From positions 195,007 through 259,006 of the forward strand of contig CALKEZ010000006.1 in the NCBI GenBank assembly GCA_938084745.1: a stretch of 64,000 nt of DNA, read 5' to 3'. A program made the position numbers and the translations under genes. Each line of letters starts with the position of its first letter. Position 1 is the first letter of the stretch. The notes under the pieces were generated by a model. That model worked only from the letters and a program-made list of their open reading frames with translations, searched no databases and had not been told where the DNA came from. The stretch is from an uncultured Gammaproteobacteria bacterium (lineage in GTDB: Bacteria > Pseudomonadota > Gammaproteobacteria > Eutrophobiales > Eutrophobiaceae). This document shows positions 29,124 to 37,863 of the stretch, one piece after another.

Positions 29124-30137
29124 ATGCAAAAAGTCTTCCTGATTATCCTCGTTCTGGTAAGTGTTTGTGCCTGCCAAAGTCAGAATAAGGACTTACTCAC
29201 TATCAGCAACTTGACGATGGGGACAAGCTATTCCATCAAGATTGTAGCCAATGACATAAAGTACGATAAACGTGCCTTAAAGAAGGATATTGAGACCATT
29301 CTGGCAAAGATTAATCAGGCAATGTCGACGTATATAGATGACTCGGAGTTATCCCGTTTTAACCATACGAAAAGTACCGCTTGGCAGAGCATATCTGATG
29401 ATCTGTATGAGGTAATTGAACATGGCATTCGCATCAGTATATTGTCTGATGGTGCTTTTGATATCACGGTCGGTCCGCTGGTTAATCTTTGGGGGTTTGG
29501 TCCCGATCCGTTCACACAGAATATTCCATCTGATTTGGAGATAGCGTCTATAAAACAACATACCGGTTACGCGAAATTAAGCTTTGATAAATCCTCCAAA
29601 CTAATAGCCAAGTCTGATCCCGATATCATGCTTGATCTATCCGGCATTGCCAAAGGCTACGCTGTAGACAAGATTGCACAGTATCTGGACGGACACGGTT
29701 TTAACAATTACTTGGTAGAAATAGGTGGTGAACTCATAGGGAAAGGAACCAATGCAGCAGAACAAAGCTGGAAGATTGGTATCGAAAAAGCTAATCCGCT
29801 TAGTCGTATTGTACAAGCAATAGTGGGGCTGGACAATATCGCCATGGCAACGTCCGGAGATTACCGAAACTATTTTGAAAAGGATGGTGTGCGTTATTCC
29901 CATACCATTAATCCGGTTACGGGCAAACCAATCACCCATACACTGGCCTCTGTCACTGTACTCACTGCTTCTGCGATGCATGCCGATGCTCTGGCAACAG
30001 CGTTTATGGTTTCCGGACCGGAAAAATCATTGTCATTGGCGAATGAACTCGGTGTTGCACTTTATATGCTCATCAAAACCAAATCAGGATTTGAAGAACG
30101 TTATAATCATCTGTTTAAGCCTTATCTGATACATTGA
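29124..30137 (+). CDS. apbE: FAD:protein FMN transferase ApbE
   Basis: 337-aa ORF with a lipoprotein-type leader and ApbE motifs (FDITVGPLVNLWGFGP, DLSGIAKGYAVD, MATSGDYRNYF, HTINPVTG). Confidence 0.9.
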   Translation: MQKVFLIILVLVSVCACQSQNKDLLTISNLTMGTSYSIKIVANDIKYDKRALKKDIETILAKINQAMSTYIDDSELSRFNHTKSTAWQSISDDLYEVIEHGIRISILSDGAFDITVGPLVNLWGFGPDPFTQNIPSDLEIASIKQHTGYAKLSFDKSSKLIAKSDPDIMLDLSGIAKGYAVDKIAQYLDGHGFNNYLVEIGGELIGKGTNAAEQSWKIGIEKANPLSRIVQAIVGLDNIAMATSGDYRNYFEKDGVRYSHTINPVTGKPITHTLASVTVLTASAMHADALATAFMVSGPEKSLSLANELGVALYMLIKTKSGFEERYNHLFKPYLIH

Positions 30138-30176
30138 GAGTATTTTGCTATACAGGCGTCCCGGAGGTGGGGATTT

Positions 30177-30506
30177 ATGAATGAGATTATCTTTCTGGGA
30201 TTACTTGGCCTCGCCGTCTGGTTTTGGCAAGATGCGTTGCGTGCGCGGGAATTGGCGGTAAGTCGTTCACGTCGCTATTGCCAGAATATTAATTATCAAT
30301 TCCTGGATGAGTCTGTCGCGATGATTTCGCTGAAGCCGGGACGAGATTCTTACGGTAATTTTGCCTTTCACCGTTATTACCATTTTGAATTCAGTCCGGA
30401 TGGACATCATCGTTATAATGGCACAGCACATTTAATTGGCCATTATCTGCAATCAATACAGCTTGATCATCCAGATGGTATAATTATAGATGGAAAAAAT
30501 GATTAA
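30177..30506 (+). CDS. DUF3301-family small membrane-anchored protein
   Basis: 109-aa ORF with an N-terminal helix followed by the pattern WQDALRARELA...CQ...YQFLDESVAM...FHRYYHFEFS.DG typical of DUF3301. Confidence 0.7.
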   Translation: MNEIIFLGLLGLAVWFWQDALRARELAVSRSRRYCQNINYQFLDESVAMISLKPGRDSYGNFAFHRYYHFEFSPDGHHRYNGTAHLIGHYLQSIQLDHPDGIIIDGKND

Positions 30507-30536
30507 TATTTAATTATGTAATTGGAGATTTGAACT

Positions 30537-31019
30537 ATGCCTTCATTTGATGTTGTTTCTGAAATTGATCAACACGAACTCAGCAATGCGATCGATCAGG
30601 CAAACCGGGAAATCAGTAATCGTTTTGATTTCAAGGGTACAGACTCAAAGGTTGAATTAGTCGATAACAACTTGACGATAATCTCAACCTCTGAATTTCA
30701 GATTAAACAGATTCACGACATACTTGAGAACAAAATCGTAAAGCGTGGTATTGATATCCGCTGTCTTGAATACGGCGACATTAGTGAAGGTCATAAAGAG
30801 GCGCGTCAAACCGTAGCGATAAAAAAAGGCGTTGATACGGAACTTGCGAGAAAAATCGTTAAGATGATCAAGAGTAGCAAACTAAAAGTTCAAGCTGCCA
30901 TTCAAGGCGATCAGGTACGCATCACCGGCAAGAAGCGAGACGACTTGCAAGAAACCATTGCTGCAATAAAAGAAGCTAAATTTGAACTACCCTTGCAATA
31001 TATAAACTTTAGGGACTAA
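30537..31019 (+). CDS. yajQ: YajQ-family nucleotide (c-di-GMP)-binding protein
   Basis: 160-aa ORF with a YajQ/UPF0234 start (MPSFDVVSEIDQHELSNAIDQANREISNRFDFKGT) and the family-typical length. Confidence 0.9.
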   Translation: MPSFDVVSEIDQHELSNAIDQANREISNRFDFKGTDSKVELVDNNLTIISTSEFQIKQIHDILENKIVKRGIDIRCLEYGDISEGHKEARQTVAIKKGVDTELARKIVKMIKSSKLKVQAAIQGDQVRITGKKRDDLQETIAAIKEAKFELPLQYINFRD

Positions 31020-31029
31020 TAAAACCACC

Positions 31030-31860
31030 ATGTCACAAGTGTTCGACCTACATACACATTCGACAGCCTCTGACGGTATCTTGTCGCCAGAATTGCTGGT
31101 AGAAAAAGCAAGCCATGTTGGTATCAACACACTTGCATTAACGGATCACGACACTGTTGCTGGATTGGCTGCTGCACAACTCGCTGCAAAAAAACATAAC
31201 ATCTCGCTGATCAATGGCATTGAGTTATCCAGCCAATGGGATAGCAAAACAATACATATTGTTGGCTTAAATATTAACGTGAATAGTGAAGCAATCATTA
31301 ATGCCACGGTTCATCTGAATCAACTCCGCGAAGAACGTGCGATTAAAATGGGTGAAAAATTAAAAAAGATCGGTATCCATGGTGCCTATGAAAATGCAAA
31401 ACGCATTGCTGCCGGTGGTACAGTCACTCGACAACATTTCTCAACCTTTCTTGTTGAGAATGGCCATGCTAAAAATCAGACCGATGTATTTAAACGTTAC
31501 CTGGTTAATAACAAACCCGGTTATGCCTCGGTAGAATGGCCTGGTCTCGAAGAGACCATTGCGCAAATTAATAATGCCGGTGGTGTAGCAGTAATAGCAC
31601 ATCCATTACGTTATAAAATAACAGCCACAAAGTTGCGCAACATGATTAAAGATTTCAAAGCTTTAGGCGGTAAGGCGATTGAGGTCGTAACTGGCCATAA
31701 CCAGTCAACCGAGATCCAATTGGCGACCAATTATGCCAAACGATATGATGTTGCTGCGTCAGTCGGTTCTGATTTTCATAGTGGTAATACGGCCTGGGGA
31801 CAGCTGGGTAAACTCGCTGTTTTACCTCAGGGCCTGACACCTGTCTGGGAATTGTGGTGA
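31030..31860 (+). CDS. PHP-domain phosphoesterase (TrpH/YciV-type)
   Basis: 276-aa ORF with the PHP metal site (DLHTHSTASDG, ALTDHDT, IAHP, GSDFH). Confidence 0.85.
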   Translation: MSQVFDLHTHSTASDGILSPELLVEKASHVGINTLALTDHDTVAGLAAAQLAAKKHNISLINGIELSSQWDSKTIHIVGLNINVNSEAIINATVHLNQLREERAIKMGEKLKKIGIHGAYENAKRIAAGGTVTRQHFSTFLVENGHAKNQTDVFKRYLVNNKPGYASVEWPGLEETIAQINNAGGVAVIAHPLRYKITATKLRNMIKDFKALGGKAIEVVTGHNQSTEIQLATNYAKRYDVAASVGSDFHSGNTAWGQLGKLAVLPQGLTPVWELW

Positions 31861-32060
31861 ATCGCCGCTATTAGTTTGCACCCCGCCGACAAAATCAACC
31901 GTTAATATAAATGCAAATGTCCTTAGGCATGCATGTTGTCTCATTAGAGCGACGTAAAAGCTGTTTTAATTCGCTTTAATCCTGTAATTATCGGTAGCAC
32001 CCTCGCAAAAAAAATCTTATCTAACTGATTTTATTGTTATTTATTCCCAACTTATTTACT

Positions 32061-32076
32061 TGGCACGGCGATTGTA
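32061..32076 (+). promoter_or_regulatory. Candidate sigma54 (-24/-12) promoter
   Basis: The sequence is TGGCAC-GGCGA-TTGT with correct spacing, 41 nt upstream of the 32117 ATG. The -12 element is GT rather than the conserved GC. Confidence 0.3.
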
Positions 32077-32116
32077 ATAGATAATGTTATTACTAACCTT
32101 GAGATGAATATATCCT

Positions 32117-32410
32117 ATGAAGGAACTACTGGAAATTGCAGAAGATGAAAAAGTGTTGCTTTGGGAGTTATTTTATTATGAAAAGATGCTTGATGATAAT
32201 GAAGAGATTCTGCTTAACGACCTGCACTATTACGAGGAAAGAATCCGGTCCATTGGCAAAACCAGGTCAACTATAGAAGTAGCGTTACTAACCATTTACA
32301 TGAAACACATTAAAAATATAAGAACATTACTATTGAACTTGCAAAACAATAGACATGACAAATTAAAGAAACAAATACAGGATTTATCGATTAAGCAATC
32401 CGGCACCTGA
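32117..32410 (+). CDS. Hypothetical helical protein
   Basis: 97-aa ORF in an AT-rich islet. No family recognised. The only support is ORF length and the possible upstream promoter. Confidence 0.3.
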   Translation: MKELLEIAEDEKVLLWELFYYEKMLDDNEEILLNDLHYYEERIRSIGKTRSTIEVALLTIYMKHIKNIRTLLLNLQNNRHDKLKKQIQDLSIKQSGT

Positions 32411-32415
32411 GAGGA

Positions 32416-33651
32416 TCATTCTAAAAAATCAGTGTGTTGTTTAAATCCTAGCTCTCTGATTTTTTGACTGGCAAGCGGCGATATCCTGCCCAGGCTCAAC
32501 ACTTCCCAACCCTTATAGCCCGAGTTCATTGCATGTGTTGCCTCTTGCGTATATTGGCTTTCATTTTCTTCAGACCAGATCAATAAATCAGCATATTCAA
32601 AAAATACAATACGCCGGGATTCGGTCAATACAGCAGCCCTGCCTTTGTAATTATAAAATGCCGAGAATTTTTCAATTTTATTATAATACTGCAGCAACAT
32701 TTTACTCAGTTGTTCATAGATCAATGTTTTAACATCATCATCTGCAGTCAACACCACTTCTATATATGAATCCAGTCTTGCAACTTTATCCAGTCCGGAA
32801 AGGTAGGTCGTAATCACCGTTTTGTTTGTTGGTGATAAAACAGCATGCTCAATAAAAGCCTTGATTAATTTTTTATTAATTCCCAGCTTTAGAAGAATAT
32901 CAACGTTGTATTCATTCAACTCTGCTAAGGTTTTACTCTTTATTATGTAACTTACCTTGTTATCGAGTTCATTGCGATTCTGCCTGCTCGTAAAATTGCC
33001 ACTCAAACCAGCCCCGGCTGAAACTTTGCCCGATGCACGTGCACTTGCCAGGGTATTCAAAAAAGACTGCACATTGTAATTACTGGAATACATATCAAGA
33101 CCTAGCTGAAATGCAATATTACGCTTATGCCGGGCAATAGTTGGGTCATGCGGTTCAAGGTGCATAGACCGGTTTATTTCTTCACGAACAAAAGGATCTT
33201 CTCCATCAAACGTCGCATCCAGATTAGAGGATAGTTGTCCGGCCAATTTTCGTGCTGTCTTAAAAGGTGACGTCAATATATCAACGGCCGATTCTCCCGA
33301 CACACTTAGCTGACTTCTTAATACATCAGAGATTCCATCATTCTGTTGTGCGTACTGGTCAATCGCTTGAGATAACGTTTTTATCTCGTTAATACGTTTC
33401 TTAAATAACGGTAAAGAAAGTATTTTGTAAGAACCAATATCAGATTCGACGTGAAACTCATAAAAGCCATACTTGATTTCGATAGCGTCAATCCGATGGT
33501 AGGTGGATGACAAATACTCGGAAGACAAAATAATATTGCTATTGATAATCGGATAGGATTCATTGTCCTCAGCTTTAATTAATGAAGAAGTTAACAACAT
33601 CAATATTAAAAAAACCGAACTCAGGTAAAATTTTACGTAATTTATATTCAT
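32416..33651 (-). CDS. Hypothetical exported protein
   Basis: 411-aa ORF with an N-terminal signal or anchor (FYLSSVFLILMLLTSSLIKA). No motif recognised. The region is AT-rich. Confidence 0.6.
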   Translation of the reverse strand: MNINYVKFYLSSVFLILMLLTSSLIKAEDNESYPIINSNIILSSEYLSSTYHRIDAIEIKYGFYEFHVESDIGSYKILSLPLFKKRINEIKTLSQAIDQYAQQNDGISDVLRSQLSVSGESAVDILTSPFKTARKLAGQLSSNLDATFDGEDPFVREEINRSMHLEPHDPTIARHKRNIAFQLGLDMYSSNYNVQSFLNTLASARASGKVSAGAGLSGNFTSRQNRNELDNKVSYIIKSKTLAELNEYNVDILLKLGINKKLIKAFIEHAVLSPTNKTVITTYLSGLDKVARLDSYIEVVLTADDDVKTLIYEQLSKMLLQYYNKIEKFSAFYNYKGRAAVLTESRRIVFFEYADLLIWSEENESQYTQEATHAMNSGYKGWEVLSLGRISPLASQKIRELGFKQHTDFLE

Positions 33652-33699
33652 AAAATTACTTTACCATTCAGATATCAAAATAACTGATCGATATAAACA

Positions 33700-34248
33700 T
33701 CAGATTTTGCCATCCAACCCCATCTGGTAGTATTTATGAATGATGTCTTCCTGGTTCTCTAATAACCAATCAATATCCGGTTCATTATTCATCGCTTTAT
33801 GAATCGCCATCGTTGTTGCCTTCCGATGGATATCGAACAGTATCTTGTGATCCAGATCATCTGCCTTGGCAACCAACGGATTTAGCCAAACAGAAACGAT
33901 AATACCCAAATCATTAGCTTTTTCTTTAGGAATATCACCATTTCTAACAGCATCAAGTACGCCATTTGCGATTGCACCTTGCACAGTACCCATCAGAATA
34001 TTGGTATAGCGTTCTTTGTTAACCGTCACTTTACTGACCATTAATGTTGCCGGTTTAACCATAATATCGGTATTCATGATTGCCAGAACACGTGAGTGCC
34101 CTTTTACCTGATCGCCAATCAAGGTTGCAAAGGCATTTCCAACAGGTCCATCAAGCTCACCAATAACAACCTCAGGTTCTGCGGCTGTACCTGGAGGGCC
34201 CCCGGCAACTAATGCTTCACCTACACGCATAACGATACGATCACTCAT
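33700..34248 (-). CDS. fae: Formaldehyde-activating-enzyme (Fae) family protein
   Basis: 182-aa ORF with Fae-like layout and length (VGEALVAGG...VVIGELDGPVGNAF...KPATLMVSKVTVN...GTVQGAIANGVLDAV..G.IP). I cannot tell whether it is Fae proper or a Fae2/3-type paralog. Confidence 0.75.
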   Translation of the reverse strand: MSDRIVMRVGEALVAGGPPGTAAEPEVVIGELDGPVGNAFATLIGDQVKGHSRVLAIMNTDIMVKPATLMVSKVTVNKERYTNILMGTVQGAIANGVLDAVRNGDIPKEKANDLGIIVSVWLNPLVAKADDLDHKILFDIHRKATTMAIHKAMNNEPDIDWLLENQEDIIHKYYQMGLDGKI

Positions 34249-34341
34249 ATTTTTTTTCTCCCTAGAAAGGTTAAAGATTTAATGATAAGAATAAACAGGA
34301 AATACATTTAAAAGAGACAAAATCAGACATGACGTCAAAAT

Positions 34342-36801
34342 TTAACTGTCTTTGTCTCCTAATTGCTTGGATATATCAGCCAGTAAATCATTGTTTGCAG
34401 CAGCCGCTTTTTGTTTCGCCTGCATTGCTTTTTCCCTGATACGTTTCATATGATCAGCAGTCATCTGAATTTGAGTAACTGATGCTGCTTCTTCTTGTTG
34501 TTTGTCTTCGAAATCAGCCAGATCATTACTTATTCTAGCCAGCCATTCCGCTTCTTGTTGTTTCTTTTTAATCAAATCTGCTTCAACCTCGTGTTGTGCA
34601 GATTCTGTTAATTTTTCCCTATGAATTGCATCTTCAATCTCTCGTTCCGCTTCATAGACTTTCTCTTCTACCGCTTTGATCTCGACTTCTATTTTGTCAC
34701 GTTCTATTTTTGAACTAGTAGATTCCATTTGCTTTTCTTTCAAGGCAGAAGCTTCTTCTAATGCTTCTCGTTTGATCTGTTCTGCTTCCAGCTTGGCTTG
34801 CTGGATTTGTTTCATTGTTTCCTGTATTTTTTTCGCTTCCTCTTCCAGTTTCAAACGCTCTGCTTTTAGTTTTGCTTCTTCTTCAGCACGCGTTTTGTCA
34901 TGCGATGTTTTATATTCCTGAATTATCTTTTCTGCTTCTTCCTTGGCAGCAGCACGCGCGGCTTCGGCAGCAGCCTTTTCTTTTTGCAGGTTTTCAAATT
35001 CCTTGTTATTACGATCATATTGTTCGGCCAGTTTTTTACGTTCCTGCTCAATCTTGACTTTAACTTCAGCTTGTAACTTTCTTTCCCGCGCCTCGTCTTC
35101 TATTTTTTTCTTTTCAGCTTGCTCTTCAAGCAGCTTCCTTGATGCCTCGACCTCAGCAAGTATTTTTTTGGATTCAGCAACTTCCTGCTTGATACGTTCA
35201 GCTTCTTCTAATTGTTTCCTGGCCACTTCTGCTTGCTGTTCCAGTTTCTCGCGCTCTTTACGTATCGCTTCCTCAGCCTCTGCCTTGGCTTTTTGAAGTT
35301 TTTCCATCTCCATGGCATTGTTGTTATAAATCTCTTCAAGTTTCTTTTGTTCAGCTTCCATCTGCGCATCAGCTTCTTGCTTGAGCTTTTTAAGTTTTAA
35401 CTCCTCTTCCGCAGCTTTCTTTTTGGATTCTGCTTCAGCTGCTTTTTTCTGTGCTTCTAATGCTTTTCTTTCTTCCAGTAATTGCTGTTGAGCTGCTTCA
35501 TAGGCTTTTTTCTTTTCCGCATCGGACTCATCTGTTGATGCTTTGGCTTTTTCCATCCTGATTTGTGTTGTTTCAAGTTCAGCATTAAGCATCTCGACTT
35601 TAACGTCGGCATCGTCATCTTCCACCTGACTGACAGGTTCAGCTTCAGGTCTGGTTTCAACTTTGATTTTCGTCTCGGCCGGTTTTGGTGCCTCTGGTGT
35701 TTTAGCTGCGCTGGTGGTTTCAACAAGAGCTTCAGAATTATTTACCAGGCCACCTTCAAGATAAGAAACGGTGTAACCACGTTCAGCTAACAAAAAAGCG
35801 CCGGTGGAACTGCGACTCCCGGTATCGCAATAAAGGATATAATTGCCCGCCGGATCCAGTTTATCTGTATGCAGGCGTAGAGAGTTTAGCGGGATATTTA
35901 TACTTCCCTTAATTGATGATTCCTGAAATTCATTTGGAAATCGTACATCCAGCCATATTGCGCCTTCATTCACCAATGCCGATGCATCGGCGAAGCTTAA
36001 TGATTGTAATGTCGGTTTTTTGATCAGTTCTATGAAGGTCTCTTTTGCAAGTTGCATCAAAACACCATCAGTTATCATGGTCACTGTCGCATTTCGTTTT
36101 GCACTCGAGATCAAGGCCTCTTCGCCGAAGCTGTCACCCGTTGTTAACTCAGCCAGTTTGACATCATTACTTGTCGGCGTCGGTCTTCTTGAAACCGCAC
36201 ATCGCCCCTCAGAAATGATGTAATAATTCTCGCCAATTTCACCTTGTGAGATGACAACATCTCCGGCCTTGAATTCTATCGGCTCCAACAAGGCAAACAG
36301 CTGATGAATATTTGCCATCGGCATCCGGGAAAAGAGTTCCGATTGCAACATCTGCGTCATCCAGTCGGCATCATCATCATCAACACCATCGACCTCATCG
36401 ACTTCCATATCAGCACCCGAGCCAGTCGGTTCTACCGTTGCTTCCTGAGCCAGTAACATTAACTGGTCGAGATTATTACGTTCGATCAGCAGGATTTTGA
36501 GTGGTGTTTTAGCCTTTGCGGAATATTGTCGTGGTTGCAACTGTGCCAGGGCATATTTAGCCCGGTCACTACCGCTTTTAATAACGCTGTCGAGCTGATC
36601 ATTCGCATATAATTCAATTTCACCATCGATGAGATAATAGGAATAATTATCTCTATCACCTTGATTGAAGATGTAGCGGGACTTTTTGACCTCCAGGATT
36701 TGGGCGCTTTTTAGCAACCTTGCCTGAAGATTCGCAGGTAATTCATTGATCGGTATGAGTTCTCTAACCTGTTGTTGCAGTTGATCGTTGGCTTCTGACA
36801 T
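34342..36801 (-). CDS. Two cyclic-nucleotide-binding domains + rhodanese domain + ~410-aa E/K/A-rich helical tail
   Basis: 819-aa ORF. The cNMP-like barrels are at about aa 20-115 and aa 160-262 (GDSFGEEALISSAKRNATV). The rhodanese domain is at aa ~272-352 with active-site loop YCDTGSRSS (Cys325, nt 35827-35829). From about aa 400 (nt 34345-35604) the sequence is charged coiled-coil or single-helix-like. Confidence 0.8.
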   Translation of the reverse strand: MSEANDQLQQQVRELIPINELPANLQARLLKSAQILEVKKSRYIFNQGDRDNYSYYLIDGEIELYANDQLDSVIKSGSDRAKYALAQLQPRQYSAKAKTPLKILLIERNNLDQLMLLAQEATVEPTGSGADMEVDEVDGVDDDDADWMTQMLQSELFSRMPMANIHQLFALLEPIEFKAGDVVISQGEIGENYYIISEGRCAVSRRPTPTSNDVKLAELTTGDSFGEEALISSAKRNATVTMITDGVLMQLAKETFIELIKKPTLQSLSFADASALVNEGAIWLDVRFPNEFQESSIKGSINIPLNSLRLHTDKLDPAGNYILYCDTGSRSSTGAFLLAERGYTVSYLEGGLVNNSEALVETTSAAKTPEAPKPAETKIKVETRPEAEPVSQVEDDDADVKVEMLNAELETTQIRMEKAKASTDESDAEKKKAYEAAQQQLLEERKALEAQKKAAEAESKKKAAEEELKLKKLKQEADAQMEAEQKKLEEIYNNNAMEMEKLQKAKAEAEEAIRKEREKLEQQAEVARKQLEEAERIKQEVAESKKILAEVEASRKLLEEQAEKKKIEDEARERKLQAEVKVKIEQERKKLAEQYDRNNKEFENLQKEKAAAEAARAAAKEEAEKIIQEYKTSHDKTRAEEEAKLKAERLKLEEEAKKIQETMKQIQQAKLEAEQIKREALEEASALKEKQMESTSSKIERDKIEVEIKAVEEKVYEAEREIEDAIHREKLTESAQHEVEADLIKKKQQEAEWLARISNDLADFEDKQQEEAASVTQIQMTADHMKRIREKAMQAKQKAAAANNDLLADISKQLGDKDS

Positions 36802-37014
36802 TGTTTTTTTGTGTAATTATGAGATAACTTATCAATACATTAGTTATAGTCTGGTTCCATCCAAATGGCTAAATATCACCAAAATAGTGTGCCTATTATG
36901 GCTTTTCAACTATAAATTTGATACCTGATGACAGATATGAATTGTAAGCTGTGTTGTCTATGAATGACAGGGCATTTTAAAGCGATTAATCAACCTTAGA
37001 GACATTTTTGCAGC

Positions 37015-37710
37015 ATGTTGAACCCATTTTTTAATATTGAAAATGCCTTAAATCTGGATCACCGTATCTTGGCCTGTTTGGCGGTATTAATGGCGCTCAG
37101 TGTATTATTGACCATACTCGGAATAAGACAACTTTTACGCAAAAAAATAATAATTGCGAGCATTCAAAGCCTGACCGGCGTGACCTTACTTCTGGCAAGC
37201 CTGTTATTACTCTCTATCGCGACTAATTTGTATAGTTATGATCGACTTACCTATGAAGAAAATATTGCGGATCTAACATTCAAACAGCTCGATAAGCAGC
37301 AATTCCTGGTAAAAATAACATATAAAAACAAACCTGAAAGCGATCAATTTCACATTAATGGTGATGAGTGGCAAATAGATGCACGTGTTATTAAATGGCA
37401 TGGTTTGGCACAATTATTAGGCTTAAACGCGCAATACCGTCTGGAAAGAATTAGTGGTCGATATTCTGATATAGAGGATGAGTTGCAAAAGCCGCGCTCC
37501 GTTTATGCGTTGGGACTAAAAGATGAAATTGATTATTGGAAATTGGTCAATGACTATAAAAAATGGCTGCCCTGGGTCGATGCTTATTACGGCAGTGCAG
37601 TCTATTTACCGATGGCTGATAACATAACTTACTCGGTGTCGCTCTCACAAACGGGCTTAATTGCAAGACCAACAGAGAGTTCGCCTCATGAAAAACTGAA
37701 ACGGTGGTAA
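37015..37710 (+). CDS. Hypothetical membrane protein (two N-terminal TM helices)
   Basis: 231-aa ORF with TM segments (ILACLAVLMALSVLLTILGI and LTGVTLLLASLLLLSIA) followed by a soluble domain. No family assigned. Confidence 0.6.
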   Translation: MLNPFFNIENALNLDHRILACLAVLMALSVLLTILGIRQLLRKKIIIASIQSLTGVTLLLASLLLLSIATNLYSYDRLTYEENIADLTFKQLDKQQFLVKITYKNKPESDQFHINGDEWQIDARVIKWHGLAQLLGLNAQYRLERISGRYSDIEDELQKPRSVYALGLKDEIDYWKLVNDYKKWLPWVDAYYGSAVYLPMADNITYSVSLSQTGLIARPTESSPHEKLKRW

Positions 37711-37863
37711 TAGCGTATTTATCAATACGGCGAGAAGTTTATCTAGATCATGCAAACTTTAATACACTGGCGAGGATACGTCGTTAGAGACACATTTGTG
37801 GCAATTTAGTGAATAGCAATAAGTGCCTAATAATTTTGAATAACAGGGACTCGCATAGGTAGT

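Noticed and set aside
34676-35790. A stack of 60-120-aa ORFs on the plus strand (34676, 34815, 34943, 35212, 35563), plus one off-frame minus-strand ORF (35457-35726), inside the coiled-coil half of the cNMP/rhodanese gene.
   Set aside because: Their translations are low-complexity Ser/Phe/Leu/Cys strings that mirror the GAA/AAG/GCN-rich sense strand. They are compositional artefacts of the E/K/A-rich coding region.
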